Origin: Eledone cirrhosa
Taxonomy: Eukaryota
Direction of reading: 5' to 3'
Assembly: GCA_964016885.1 (NCBI GenBank)
Contig: OZ024741.1
Coordinates: 56,420,001 to 56,484,000, forward strand
Length of the DNA: 64,000 nt
Of this stretch, positions 33,801-47,330 are shown piece after piece (the stretch's first letter is position 1; every line of letters begins with the position of its first letter). The position numbers and the translations under genes are program-made. The notes under the pieces are model-generated. The model was given only the letters and a program-made list of their open reading frames with translations, was not told where the DNA came from and did no database searches.

Positions 33801-34132
33801 TATATTATATTCTTATCCCGCGTTGTCTTTCATTGTTGATTTTTCTCAGGAGATATATTAGGTTGGATATTCATAAAGACAGATTTATTTATAAAGTTTG
33901 CTTAAATAACGACATATAGAAAATAACGACATATATAAATAGATCTTGTCTGGATGCTGGATTATCTAATGTTTTTTGTTTACATTTTCCTAAACATCTT
34001 AATCATTCTAAATAATATTACATTATTTATGCGGCACTGATCCTTCAGAAAAAACGAAGCGCTTATAATCTGATACCCCCTCTCCCTCTTTCCTTCTCTC
34101 CCACTCTCTTTCACTCTCTCTCTCTTTCTCTC

Positions 34133-34173
<41 letters not shown>

Positions 34174-34461
34174 TAGCGAGAATCGTATTTCGGCTATTGG
34201 AAATTAGCGAAAAACAACTTCCAAGATGTGTAGCAAGCGCTCCATAGAAGCTAGTGAACTAGAGCTGCAATATAAGTTAAAAGGCCAAACACACTGAGAC
34301 GATGGTTAAACCATTATCCGCACAGCCATAGAACCGGCCAAGTAATTCGGGTCAAACAAATAAAATATGATTGAAAATTATACCCGGACCCCTGGAAGGT
34401 TGGTAATATCCAGCATTGGGTTTCTGCAACTCCTAAATCAAGTACTGTCTGCTTAGAAAAA

Positions 34462-34645
34462 TAATTGTTTCTACTTTAGGCACAAGGCCAGCAATTACCC
34501 AGTGCATTACTGGTACTTTATTTTATCGACCCCGTAAGGATGAAAGGCAAAGTCAACCTCGGCGGGATTTGAACTCAGATCGTAAAGGGACGTAACTATG
34601 CTGGAAAGCATGGCGTCCGACGCTCTACCGATACTGCCAATCCAC
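34462..34645 (-). mobile_element. SINE family A copy
   Basis: Matches the family A consensus. Confidence 0.8.
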
Positions 34646-34823
34646 TCTGCTTAGACAAATAATGTTAAGCTTTTGGTATGATGATCGAACAAGGAAGTCA
34701 CTTTCTCAACAGGCTTTTAGTTCAGTGCCAAGCCAAGGACTGACCGTTATCAAAACCCACGTGGAGCTTGACAAGGGGGGCAACCCTTAGTTTTGGCGGA
34801 TGAATTCAGTATGTGTGTTATTG

Positions 34824-34911
<88 letters not shown>

Positions 34912-35032
34912 GGAGGTGCGTTTTATTGTAGTACAATAAAGCAATGCAGATATCGGATAAGAAGCACTCTACAGTTTGTGGGACTGGAGTATGCATAATA
35001 TAAGATCAAAAGATGGTTAAAGGAGTTCCATA

Positions 35033-35103
35033 TATTTTATTATGCGCATTTCAAAAACAAACATCATCAAGCAACAATATTTGTGTTTTCATCAGATAAA
35101 ACA
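35033..35103 (-). ncRNA. Hammerhead ribozyme, inverted pseudo-LTR copy
   Basis: Reverse complement of 38314-38384, with one difference in loop II. Confidence 0.8.
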
Positions 35104-35446
35104 GGAGAACATGATATGAAGGCTAAAAAACACTTGTTGATAGTGCAGTTTTAAAACAACATATGAAAAGTGGTTTTAGATTGATGTGTGATATTGGGAA
35201 AAATATTTTATTTAGAGAGGGGGGGGGGAGGATGAAAAGGGAAGGAGATGAGAGGGAGAGATGGGTGATAGAGAGAAAGAGATAGTTTTTATAACTGAGA
35301 GGAGATATATTTTTTACATAGAGGGGTTGAAAACCGTTGGAAGATACTGTATAAATTAAAAATTTTGAAAATTAACGAAGGGAGGATATGTGCGAGGAAA
35401 AAATATTTTATTTAGGGAGGGGGGGGGGTGGAAAGGATGAAAAAAA

Positions 35447-37327
35447 GAACTCCTCCCAAGAACTCCGAGGATAAATCTCAAGGATCACAAAAACAATTTT
35501 CGCACTGAACTACCTGTTAGATTAATCGCCCCCTCTAAATCTGATCTGGGGGTTGTTAGTAAAGCCATCTTGGATAGGATTATCCCACAGGTTAGTTCTA
35601 ATTGCTCTTCTTTAAACCTAAATTTATGGTTTGGTACTTCTGAAGTGATTGGCTGGTTCAACAAATTGGATAATAAAAACAAACTAAAATTTATTCAATT
35701 CGATATTGCCAGCTACTATTCCTCCATTTCGCCTTCACTTCTCAATAATGCTCTATCTTTCGCACTTAAATATTCTGACATCACCACAGTTGAACTTCAC
35801 ATCATCCTCACCGCACGTAAAACCATCCTAGAGTTCAACAACGAATATTGGACCAGAGCCGATACCTCTAACAACTTCGACATCACAATGGGAGCATCCG
35901 ATTCATCCCAATTGACTGATTTAATTGGTATCTTCATTTTGAACTCTTTGAGTCGGAAAATTCCTCAACTTCGCGGTGGAATTTATCGTGACGATGGACT
36001 CTTTACTATCCTAAATTGCAATATAGTTAAACTTAATATTATTAAGAACAATATACGTAATCTCTTTAACCAACATAACCTAAAAATTGAATTTGATAAT
36101 AGTATCAAACTAGCTAATTTCTTGGATGTATCTCTTAATCTTGACACTAGCCTATATTACCCTTACCATAAAAACAACGAGAATCTTAATTATGTTAACT
36201 TTAAATCTAACCATCCTACCAATATCAAGAATGCTATAGTTAATAATATTGGAAATAGAATATCTAACATATCTTCTAATAAAAACATCTTTGATGCTAA
36301 CGCCAATTACTATAATAACGCACTTTCTAAAGCCGGCTATCCAGATAAAATCAAATATAATAAAGAAACAAATTCTAGGAAAACTTACAGTAGAATAATT
36401 AATCATGACCATTCCAATAATTTTAATAAAAGACCTAGATACAAAAACATAATCTGGTATAATGCTCCTTTCTCCATCTCTATTAATAACAATATTCCTA
36501 AATTATTTTTTAGTGCCTTAAATAAATGCTTCCTTCCCTCACATATCTATAGTAAAATATTTAACAAACACACCATCAAATTTTCGTATTCTACATCCTC
36601 CACATCCTCCAATATTTCCAACATCATCTCTAAACACAACAACAAAATATTAAATACTAAATCTCTTCCTTCCAATATCGAATTTCATAATAACAGTAAT
36701 AGTACTCCCGACGTCATTGTAAACCCTTGGCTAACTTCTGTAAACCCAAATACAACGTCAAACACAACTTCGCTAAATGTTCATAATCCAACTCTAAATC
36801 AAGAAACTATTATTCCTATTATTCCTATCGCAAACAACTTCTCCAATCCAATTCCTTCTATAGATAACACTAGATCACTCATTAATAATCTCTCTAATTG
36901 CAACTGCCGCATCAAAAATAAATGTCCTCTCAACAACCATTGCCTCGATAAAAACTTAATTTATGAATGTAAAATTATAACTAGCACCAATTCCTTCACC
37001 TATTTTGGCTCCACTTCCACCTCTTTTAAAGCTCGTCTCTATAATCATCATTCATCTTTCAAATACAAACTTAAAAGAACTAACACTGCTCTCTCAGAAC
37101 TCATATGGTCCTTAAAAGACAAAAACATTAAATATAACATCCTTTGGAAAAAGATTTCTTCTGCATCCTCATACTTGAACAGCTCTCTATCTAAAATCTG
37201 TAATCTCTGCCTAAATGAAAAATTTACCATTATCTCTAACCTAGATTCTATAATAAACAGACGCTCAAATTTGTTTTCTATCTGCCTGCATAAATTCCAT
37301 AGAACTTTTCACAAAGTATACAGTTAA
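35447..37327 (+). CDS. PLE reverse transcriptase plus GIY-YIG endonuclease (5'-truncated open frame; Naiad-like, tentative)
   Basis: Frame open upstream of the called start (LKDHK.NF...RLIAPSKSDLG). FDIASYYSSI, FDITMGA, GIYRDDGL, FLDV.L, CNC..CPL..C, LIYEC/TYFGST..FKARLYNH and CNLCLNEK...CLH. Confidence 0.9.
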   Translation, partial: ELLPRTPRINLKDHKNNFRTELPVRLIAPSKSDLGVVSKAILDRIIPQVSSNCSSLNLNLWFGTSEVIGWFNKLDNKNKLKFIQFDIASYYSSISPSLLNNALSFALKYSDITTVELHIILTARKTILEFNNEYWTRADTSNNFDITMGASDSSQLTDLIGIFILNSLSRKIPQLRGGIYRDDGLFTILNCNIVKLNIIKNNIRNLFNQHNLKIEFDNSIKLANFLDVSLNLDTSLYYPYHKNNENLNYVNFKSNHPTNIKNAIVNNIGNRISNISSNKNIFDANANYYNNALSKAGYPDKIKYNKETNSRKTYSRIINHDHSNNFNKRPRYKNIIWYNAPFSISINNNIPKLFFSALNKCFLPSHIYSKIFNKHTIKFSYSTSSTSSNISNIISKHNNKILNTKSLPSNIEFHNNSNSTPDVIVNPWLTSVNPNTTSNTTSLNVHNPTLNQETIIPIIPIANNFSNPIPSIDNTRSLINNLSNCNCRIKNKCPLNNHCLDKNLIYECKIITSTNSFTYFGSTSTSFKARLYNHHSSFKYKLKRTNTALSELIWSLKDKNIKYNILWKKISSASSYLNSSLSKICNLCLNEKFTIISNLDSIINRRSNLFSICLHKFHRTFHKVYS

Positions 37328-38313
37328 TATTCAATTCTTTATCAATTTAGAATCTTTTCTCAAAGGCACATATACATACACCTCTTTAAAATATACCCAT
37401 CTACCTTACCTTACTTTAAAGGGCATTATACACTCTATAATACTCGTTTACTCATTACCCTCATTCTATCTTCTCGTAAAATAATAACATTTGTTTTTGA
37501 CATTTTGAATATTCATCCGCAATCATTATTATTTTTTCTCTCTATCAGAAATCTTTTTAATCTCAATTTCATCCTTAATTTATTATTATTTTTTTCTCCC
37601 CATCAACGAACTCATTATTAATACATATCAATTCAATATACAAACTTTAACTTCACATTATTTTTCTCAAATCCTTCTACACACAAACCATAACAACTTT
37701 TCTCTTCGCTAATTTTGAAATTGCCACAATACATACATTTCTTCTTTTGACGTTAGAATATTCACCCACAATTATTATTTTTTTCTCTCTATCTTCATAC
37801 ATAATTTCCCTTCGTTAATTTTCAAATTCCTTTAATTTATACATTATCTTCCAACGGTTCCCAACCTCTCTATATTAAAACAATATATCTTTTTCTCAGT
37901 TATAAAAACTATCTCTTTCTCTCTATCACCCATCTCTCCCTCTCCACCTTCACTCTCATCTCCTCCCCCCTTTTTTTTCATCCTTTCCACCCCCACCCCC
38001 TCCCTAAATAAAATATTTTTTCCTCGCACGTATCCTCCCTTCGTTAATTTTCAAAATTTTTAATTTATACAGTATCTTCCAACGGTTTTCAACCCCTCTA
38101 TGTAAAAAATATATCTCCTCTCAGTTATAAAAACCATCTCTTTCTCTCTATCACCCATCTCTCCCTCTCATCTCCTTCCCTTTTCATCCTCCCCCCCCTC
38201 TCTAAATAAAATATTTTTCCCAATATCACACATCAATCTAAAACCACTTTTCATATGTTGATTTAAAACTGCACTATCAACAAGTGTTTTTTAGCCTTCA
38301 TATCATGTTCTCC

Positions 38314-38384
38314 TGTTTTATCTGATGAAAACACAAATATTATTGCTTGATGATGTTTGTTTTTGAAATGCGCATAATAAAATA
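38314..38384 (+). ncRNA. Hammerhead ribozyme in the PLE 3' pseudo-LTR
   Basis: tgttttat-CTGATGA-12-bp stem II-GAAA-TGCGCA-TA-ataaaata: 8-bp stem I, palindromic helix III. Confidence 0.8.
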
Positions 38385-38437
38385 TATGGAACTCCTTTAA
38401 CCATCTTTTGATCTTATATTATATATATATATATATA

Positions 38438-38500
<63 letters not shown>

Positions 38501-38517
38501 GTGTGTGTGTATACATA

Positions 38518-38597
<80 letters not shown>

Positions 38598-38769
38598 GTC
38601 ATAATAATAAATGTGAAAACTAAAATCCAAAGAGGGCTCGATAAGGATAAATATATATCAAATATATAAGAACCCTAGAGAAAAATTATTTATTAAAATA
38701 ATAGATTAAAGTTTAAGCAAAGAATCGCTGCTTTCACCCTTAACGGGATCTTCTGAAGATATATACAAT

Positions 38770-39440
38770 ATATTCCTCGACATCTCTATTTCTATCGACA
38801 ACTCCCATCGTTCCCTCATCAACTCCGCCTTCTTCAACTCACCGATTTCCACTCCTACCTCGATTTCACATCATTGCACCCCACCCACACCAAACACTAC
38901 ATCCCCTACTCCCAATTCCTTCGCCTCCACCGCCTATGCAGCCGAACATATTACTTTGAGGCCCAAGCCCAATATATGGGTAGACCGTTCACTCAGCGAG
39001 GGTAACCCCCTACTCTGGTCCAAGCCGCTCGGATCCCACCCCTGCTCCCGACCCAGCTGCCACATTTGTCCTTTCCTCACCGACACTACCATTCTCACCC
39101 ACAGAACTTTCCAAATTAGGGACTCCTTTCGCTGTATCACCACAAGTCTCGCATACGGGATCCAGTGCACACTAAGTGAGGCCGTCTATATTGGCCAAAC
39201 CATCCGTCGATTGGCGGACAGATTTGCCGAGCACCACCGTGACAGCCGACTGAGCAACCCGTCTCGCATCACCTGACATTTCTGCTCCGCCAGACACTCC
39301 AAGAACAACTTCACAATTTTCGGCCTTGTCGCATGTGCCGGACCACCAGACTCACGCCTCTGGAGGAAACAGCACCTATTTTTTTTTCACTCAAATTCTC
39401 TACCCCCACACTGCTCTAAATGCACTACCATTTTTCCTCT
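38770..39440 (+). pseudogene. Decayed PLE (Neptune-like) thumb and GIY-YIG fragment
   Basis: LDFTSLHP.HTK..IPYSQFLRL.RLC, then C.RPSC.ICP...F.C.T....Y.IQC....VYIGQT.RRL.DRFAEH; internally deleted with stops. Confidence 0.75.
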
Positions 39441-39650
39441 AGCCAGGGCTTCCCCACACCCACCACCCTTCCATTCACACACCCATACACACGAACCGAT
39501 CCCAATTACACACAAACACTTCAATTAGCACACCCACTCACAAACACCAGCACATCGATACACTAACACTAACACACCCCCGTAACTGACACATGAACAC
39601 GCTCTCTCGCACACACACACACACACACGCACACACACACGCACACACGC

Positions 39651-39698
<48 letters not shown>

Positions 39699-40187
39699 CA
39701 CCTATGCGCATGCAGCTGACCCCGTACAAACACAGTCAACTAACACTATACTAATATTCACTACCCCCCCCCCCCCCCCCCTCCACTACGCACCTTTTCC
39801 ACATTCAGAGGAAATGGAAAATCTATTACACCGACCCGAGTACTTGACTGGTACTTTTTTCAATCACAGAAGTATGAAAAACAAAGTTGACTTTGGCAGG
39901 ATTCTCAGCATACTATCAGGATGTAAAGAACCAGAACAAATCCCACACTGGCATTTTATCCGACGCTCTACCAATTCTGTCACAACATGAAAATATTGTT
40001 GGTTATAATAAAAAAGACGAAAAAAAAAATAACAACAGTAATAAATAAAGCAAACAGCAAAGCTTTTAGTAGAATGCTGGCTGGTTGTAGTGAAGGAGGC
40101 GGAGGAGAGAAGATAATTAGATTAAAGGGGAGAAAACAAAAGTTACATTGTGAAAAGTAATAAAGAATGATATAGTAGGAATCATAC

Positions 40188-40322
40188 CGGAGAAAACATA
40201 TACCACAGCTCCGATCAAGGTTTTTATATCTGTTCTAATGTTGCCGATAACACTGATAATGGCTGCTATAACAATCATCAAGAGAGCAACAACGGGGTAC
40301 GGCGCTGATAAACGGATGGCTC
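40188..40322 (-). CDS. CACNG: TARP/CACNG-like gene, penultimate coding exon (not in the ORF track in this frame)
   Basis: ttcacag|...|gtatga, 135 bp, phase 1/1. Reads AIRLSAPYPVVALLMIVIAAIISVIGNIRTDIKTLIGAVVYVFSG (TM2 to TM3) and splices in frame to both neighbours. Confidence 0.88.
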
Positions 40323-40391
40323 CTGTGAATTAGAAATAAAGGTAAATTGTTCATATTGACAAAACACATAACATATACATATATATATATA

Positions 40392-41312
40392 TATGAAGGT
40401 CGGCTGAAATATTCATAGGCTGACCAAGATACTCTCATGGAATGTGACCAAATGAGGTTTATTTTTCAACATAGTCACCTATGCTGTCCACACACTTCTT
40501 CCATCGGTGTTACAGTGCTTGGATCCGATTGGTGAAGAAGCTTACATCCTAATGGTAAAAAACGTCAACAGCAGATATAACGTCATCATCATTGTTATAC
40601 TGGCTCCCAGCCAAGTGTTTTTTCATGTTGGGGAACAGATGATAGTCAGATGGGGTTAAATGAGGAGAATAGGGAGGGTGGTCAACCAGTTCAAAGCCAC
40701 AGTCACGCACAGAAGCCATTGAAAACAAGGATTTGTGTCTTGATGAAACAAAACCCCTTTCGTCAGTTTTCCTGGGAGTTTGGTCTTGATAGTCTTTCAT
40801 AACTGTCTCAGCAAGCCGGGATATTACTCTCCATTGATAGTGTGGCCCTTTTGAAGAAACATTCATCATGCCAAGTTCATTGTGCAGAATATTCTCAACT
40901 CTCTTACGGGATATCCTAATAGTATTGGCTATTTAATTTATAGTCAATCGCCTGTCATCCATCTCTATGCGGTGAACACGACCAATGCGGTCCTCGGTGG
41001 TGGCAGTTGCAGGATGTCCAAACCTTGGGTCATCTTCGAAACTCTCCCTTTCCCTTTAAAAATTCAGCAGCCCACTTTTGCACTGTTGATAAAGCTGGAG
41101 CGTCATCCCCTAATGTAGCAACCATGAATGTCCTTGGGGGTTAAACTTATTTTCTGCAGGTACTGCCACATTTTGTCAATTTTCAAGAGAAATCGCAACT
41201 AGTTACTTTTGAAGTTTTCTCTGAACAGTCAGATGTCAGTTTACCTGGGAAGAAACAGTGCAATAAGCAGTGTTGAAATTAATGCATGCAAGATTTCACA
41301 GCTTGCTCAGGT
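40392..41312 (-). mobile_element. mariner transposon remnant
   Basis: TA plus TIR-like TATGAAGGTCGGCTGAAA; transposase fragment DHPPYSPHLTPSDYHLFPNMKKHLAG (YSPDL motif) at 40549-40869. Confidence 0.8.
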
Positions 41313-41313
41313 G

Positions 41314-43515
41314 TTATAATGTTGTTGGTAGCACAGTGATCCTGTAAGAACACCCAGTATATAATTTATACATGATGTTTTGGCAGGCTATTGGGCGGTA
41401 ATCTTTAGCAAGGGTGGTTTGGCTATTTTTGGGAATGAGGAGAGTAGTGGTAGTTGATAACCATCTGGACAGTTCTTGTGTGCCTTTAATGGTTTCTGTA
41501 AACAGCCGTATGAGATCTTGCCGATAGAAAGTGAAATTCTTCAACCAGTATCCTGTTATGAGGTCTGGGTCTGGTGATTTCCTATTCGACATTTTCTGTA
41601 GAGCTGCTTCCAGTATTGACCCATCTATGTCATATTGTTTTGTCTGGACATGTTGGCAGTAGTCCTGTTCCAGTTCTTATAGCCTTTTAGTTTGTCTGTT
41701 GAATCCATCATCCGTTTCCCATACAGATCTCCAGTAGCTCTCAACCTGTTCTTTTGAAGGGATGTCATTTACAGAGATTGAGCTTTTGCCACCGAAGCTG
41801 CGATAAACTGATTTAGGATCTCTGGCAAACAATCTATTTAGCACTTGTTTATGTGCTGTTGACTTATATTTTACTCTTTCTGTTGTAGCTGTGAGTTGTT
41901 GTTTCAACTGGTGTAATTTGGAGTTTTAAGTTTTAAATTTTGTATCTCCAAATCGTCTCTCTAATTTTTTTTTCGTGTCCTGGTGTCGTGTGAAGTTGCT
42001 CTCTATCTTGCATTTCATAATGACTGCGATTTGTGAGATACTTCGTCTCAGGGACAAAATTTTGCTTTTTAAATTTCGCATCTACGTTGGTTCAGGCTTT
42101 TTGTTCGTATCTTGATTGCGTGGTTTTAGATGTTTTTTATATGATAGCAATGTGACAGCTGAAATATATAACAAAATGTTAAGCATTTCAAATGTCGTTT
42201 CTACACCTTTAGATCGTATAGCCTTCAGATAATTGTCAGCTATTTCGTTCACCGCTTCCAAATCCAATTTAGTGGGTTCTTTACTGATTCTGGTGTGGTA
42301 TGGTCTGTCACTCACATTAAGGCTGTGTATCTCTTGAAACATATCCCATATCACTTGTAAGGTGTCCACAAGTTTTTGGTCTTCTGTTTGTACAGTAGAG
42401 TTATGAATTTCAGCCTCGTTGTTGATGTGGTGACAATTACTACTAGAGTTAGCTGACCATTCTCGCTGTTCTTCAGTGGAAGTGGGATGGATTTCGGCAA
42501 AATTGTTGGTGAGCTATTCACTGTTAGATTTAGCTGGCCATTCTCTTTGTCTGTCAGTGGAAATGGGGGTGGTTGTCTACAAGGGCTGTATTTGTAGTAT
42601 CACTCAATTCCGTTAGATGTATCAATTTTCATCTAATGATACGTTTTGCCTGTTCATTTAAATGCTTTGGAGAAAAGTCTAATTCTGGGTGTTTGGAGTT
42701 CCATAAAGTTTTTAGCCTTTGCATAAAACCGAACTTTTGGGGTTCAGATTGTTTGTATGCTTCATATAATTCTTTGTTAAGCTCGTAGCTCCACTGTATA
42801 CAACGGTTGTAGTTGCGATTTGGTCGAAGAAGACTTATACGTTTTGCCATGATGAGTTCGTCTATTCACTAATATTTTGTATTTATTTTTCAAAATAGTC
42901 GATGATCTTCTTTAAAAATTTCCACAAAGTTCTGTCAGAATCAAATTTAAAGTTATTCACAGCTTGGGTAATATTTCTTTTCAGTTAGTTTTTAATTCTA
43001 CAACTGTGTTTTAAACGTTGCTTTTGAATCGAGAACAAATAAACAAACAAAAAAACCCCCGTTACTTAGTATATTTCTTTATGAATGTAATATAATATAA
43101 CAACGCTGTATTTATATGTTAAAGTTTATGTATCATTCATATAAATAGGTGTTCGACAACATATTCACAACATATTCACAGTTCAAACACTTATGTTTTT
43201 GTTTCTGAATCGAAAACGTTACTTGCATATTTCTTTACAAATGTAATATAACAACGTTGCATTTATATGTTAAAATGTACGTATCGTTCATATATCATAA
43301 GTGTATTTATCGTTCATATATCATAAGCGTATGTATCGTTCATATAAATAGGTGTTTTATAACACACTTACAGTTCAAACACTTATGTAGAATTATTTTA
43401 TGTAATCTTACCGCGTAATGTAGCTCAACTTTTTCCAATATATGGTATGTTGCCTTCATGTAAGCCGTAATTACACACGTCCGATTATCGGACACTGACC
43501 ACAACGGTCACCATT
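41314..43515 (-). mobile_element. 5' half of an R4/Dong-type non-LTR element, 3'-truncated and decayed
   Basis: KSPDPD.I.GYWLK, TLLIPK, DYRPIACQN.MYK and N-terminal GFMQRLK.LW...HPE. Homologous to 44241-48950; 5' end abuts (TATG)n. Confidence 0.8.
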
Positions 43516-43582
43516 ATGTATGTATGTATGTATGTATGTATGTATGTATGTATGTATGTATGTATGTATGTATGTATGTATG

Positions 43583-44205
43583 TCAGGTCACCAGTATGTC
43601 AGGTCACCAGTTGGTGCTACTGGTAACATGTATCCCAGTACAACCTGTCTCGTGGTCGGGTTGTTGGCGACTAAACTGGCAACCCCACCAAGGTTTCTTG
43701 GTGAGGAGGGTGACTTTGGACATCTTGCAGGACTAAAAACAAAACCTGTCAAAGGGCAAAGGAGCTCTTAAGAGTCAATGGCCATCCAAAATCACCGGGA
43801 GAGATGACCCCTTAGCCTTTGTCAAGGCAGAATTCTAGGAGAAGGAAAACTCTGATATAACACCTGCAACCCTGATGGTATCCAATGATGTTGACGTGTT
43901 CTTCTTTTTGGTAAATATCATCTTGGTTAAGAGAGTGGGACTGGCTTTGTGCAGTGCCTTTGCTCACTATAAAAGCTTCACGGCACAGGCATTGCTTTAT
44001 ATATGCAGATCTCTCTGCATTTGTCGTCACATGGTACCATGGGCCCAGCACTATGTGTCAATAATTGTCACAAGTGTAGTGTTTGTACCAGAGTTTTCAA
44101 GTCGCTGGCTGGACTAAAAAGTCACACTCGTTCAGCGCATCGGTAAGGGTTCTCCTACATGGATATAAAGTAGTGGCCGTACTCGAAAACGAGTTGGCAG
44201 CCACC
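43583..44205 (+). mobile_element. Interspersed repeat, RTE-like 5' region, between two (TATG)n tracts
   Basis: GGCGACTAAACTGGCAACCCC motif; 43690-43765 is homologous in reverse to ~20810-20900. Confidence 0.45.
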
Positions 44206-46925
44206 ATGTATGTATGTATGTATGTATGCATGTATGTATGTTCTTCTGGTTTTAAAATTTCACAAATTTTTTCCCAATAAAGAGAGAGTCGGTTTCTAAC
44301 ATAGACACAAGACTCTCTCATTGGAATTTACACAACATCAACTAGGTAGATATGTATGTTATTGTATGTGTGGATGTGGATGTTTTGAGTTGTATGTGTG
44401 CATGTGTATATGCTTTGCATCTGTACATGTGTATATGTAGTTATTAGATGCAAAATGTTTGGAATGTTTTACATATTTTTACTGTTCCATTAATGGATTG
44501 TACTTGTAATTTCCTAACTAGTTGTATTCTTTCTATTCCTGTGAAGCCTAGCTTCTCAAGATTTGTATTGAGGCAGTTACTAACATACCCCAGTGCCCCA
44601 ATAATCACAGGCATAAATCTGAAGGTGTAATCAGGGTGGAGTATCTGCAGATTTCTCATCAGTTCTGCATAAATATTCTCCTTTTCGCTAATCTTTGATA
44701 TTATATTGGCATCTGCTGGGCAGCTAATTTCCACTACTGTGCATGCTTTCTTCTCCCTGTCCAATATCATAATATCTGGTCTGTTATGCCTGCATTTTAT
44801 TGGGATTTTTACTGGAACATTCCACCAGTACTCTTTCATATTATGTACGTGGATGTCTTCCACATTGCTGTAGCTTTTAATGTGTTTATTATCGGGGCTA
44901 TCTTTTTTACGGACTGCATTGTACAGTGTTTTGGCCACGACATCATGCCTCATAGGTAGATAGTACCGCGATGACATCTTTGGACAGCTGCTGATGACAT
45001 GGTTGATATCCTCGATGTTAGTTCTGCAGAGTCTGCACTTGTTATCACATCTAGGTGTTTTACCTGCATCTCTATCTCTTTTGTGAATCAGGTATTTCGT
45101 GTTAATCTCCTGTTCTTGGATTGCAAAAGCGTATCCTTCAAAGTGGGAGCCAATATAACGGTTGTTGGTCCAAGATAGACTACTTTCCTTATCTATATTA
45201 CTCTCACTCTGGAGCTTCCTGGCAACATATCCATGCATGATTTTTTTGCTGATAAGTATGCAGTTTTTCATCCATGGATTCACTGCGATACTGCTGAGCG
45301 ACTTCCCTGGGTGTGAGTTTTTGATTATCACATAGGGAATATCTCTCGAGGAGTTCCTTTCCAACTCTCATGATCTTATTTGTTTCATGCAGATAGACTT
45401 GCTCGAGAAACGGGCTCCTACGCTTCGAGGTTCGTAGATGTCGGAGAGATATGATGCGACATTCAAATGTTGTCTGGACTGATGTTAGGCCTCTGCCTCC
45501 CTGCTTACGTTTCAAGTAAAGGCGGTCTATGTCACTGTTGATGTGGAAGTTTCCGGTGTTGTTTAGTATTTTTCGAGTTCCAACATCAACTGCTCGGATT
45601 TCGTCTATCGTCCAATTGAGTATTCCAAACGTTGGTGTTAGGACAGGCACAGCAAACACATTGTGAACCCCTGTTTTGTTTTGCGCAGAGAGTTCCGATG
45701 ACCAGATCTTTCTTAATCGGGTGTAGTATTCCCTGGTTACGCGTTCTTTATTACAGATACCATTATAGGATATGTTCTCATCTATCCCCAGGTATCTGTA
45801 ACAGTCCTCATCAGATATCGGTGAAACAGTTAGGCCAGTGATGACAATGTTGCTAGATTGGGTTGTTGTTTTCCCCCGCTTTACAGTCATGTATGAGCAT
45901 TTATCTTGACCAAACTCCATTCCTATATCCTTTGAGAACGTTGTAACCAGGTCAAGATTTTTCTTCATTCCATCCATGTTCTTGGCATATAGTTTCAGAT
46001 CGTCCACAAAGAAATTATGGGTTAGGTTCGTATTTCTGTCCTCCTGTGAGCCAATGATGTATCCATCACATTTCTTGAGCAGAAAGGACAAGGGGTTTAA
46101 TGACAAGATGAATAATATCGCAGAGAGACTGTCTCCCTGAAATATACCCCAGCAATATTTTATTTTATCAGTGAAAATAGAGTCCTTCCTCTCTGTCTTT
46201 AACCTTAGGATAGTAGCCCAGGAAGAAGACAGCCTCTCTATGGCTCTGACAATAATGTCTGGGACTTTAGCAAGTTGGAGGGCCTCGATCATCCAAGAGT
46301 GGAGAACAGAATCGAAAGCTTTCCTGTAGTCCAGCCAGACTGTAGCCATATTCCTTCTAAGTTGTCGCACCTCCGACATCGCAGTTTTTTTTTATTAGGA
46401 GTTGTTCAGCACATCCCCAAACCCCTTTCTTTCCAGCTGCTTGTTCATCTGTGATGATGTCATTATTTTCACAGTGATCTTGGAGGAATAGGTTCAGGCA
46501 GGATGTATACATCTTATACATTAGGTTCTGGCATGCAATGGGTCGGTAGTTTTTTTCCAAGTGGGTGTCTTTGTTCTTGGGAATCAGTAATGTTTGTGCT
46601 AATGTCAACCATTCTGGTATAAGTGTATCGCCATTAAGAACTTGTTGGTAGAGGTCAGTAAGATACCTCCGATAGAATATCAGTTTTTTTGTATCAGTAG
46701 CCGACAATCATGTCTCTTCCTGGTGTTTTCTTATCTTGGAGTTTTCCTATCACAGTCTCAAGGGTACCTTCACTTATTTTGTATGTTTTTGTGGTAGTGT
46801 AGGAGCAATAGTTCTTTCGGATTTCTCTTAGCCACACTGCATCTTGGTTGAAATTCTTCTTTTCATCCCATATTTTGCTCCAAAAGGAATCTATGTCTTT
46901 CTGGGATGGGGCCTCAGTGACACTT

Positions 46926-47330
46926 TGGCAGTATCGGTAGAGAGTCGGATGCCATGCTTTCCAGCATAGTTACGTCCCTTTACGGTCTGAGTTCAAATCC
47001 CGTCGAGGTTAACGTTGCCTTTCATCCTTACAGGGTCGATAAAATAAAGTACCAGTAATGTACTGGTGTAATTGCTGGCCTTGTGCCAAAAGTAGAAACA
47101 ATTATTTTGTTCTTCAAAGGGCGGTGAATTGGCAGTATCGGTAGAGGGTCGGACACCATGATTTGAAGCATAGAGTTACGGCCCTTTACGATCTGAGTTC
47201 AAATCCCGCCTAGGTTAACTTTTCTTTCATCCTTACGGGGTCGATAAAATAAAGTTCCAGTAATGGTTTAATCGACTTTCCCCTCCCCCAAAATTGCTGG
47301 CCTTGTGCCTATATAAGAAACCATTATTTT
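46926..47330 (+). mobile_element. Two tandem SINE family A copies inserted in the R4-like ORF
   Basis: Two consecutive consensus matches (~46926-47105 and ~47119-47325). Confidence 0.85.

Larger units (their letters stand above)
34995..38422 (+). mobile_element. Penelope-like retroelement, 5'-truncated, with inverted 5' pseudo-LTR
   Basis: About 450-bp inverted repeats 34995-35446 and ~37972-38422, tandem ~230-bp subrepeats at ~37800-38220, RT-GIY-YIG ORF, hammerheads, and (TA)n at the 3' flank. Confidence 0.92.
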
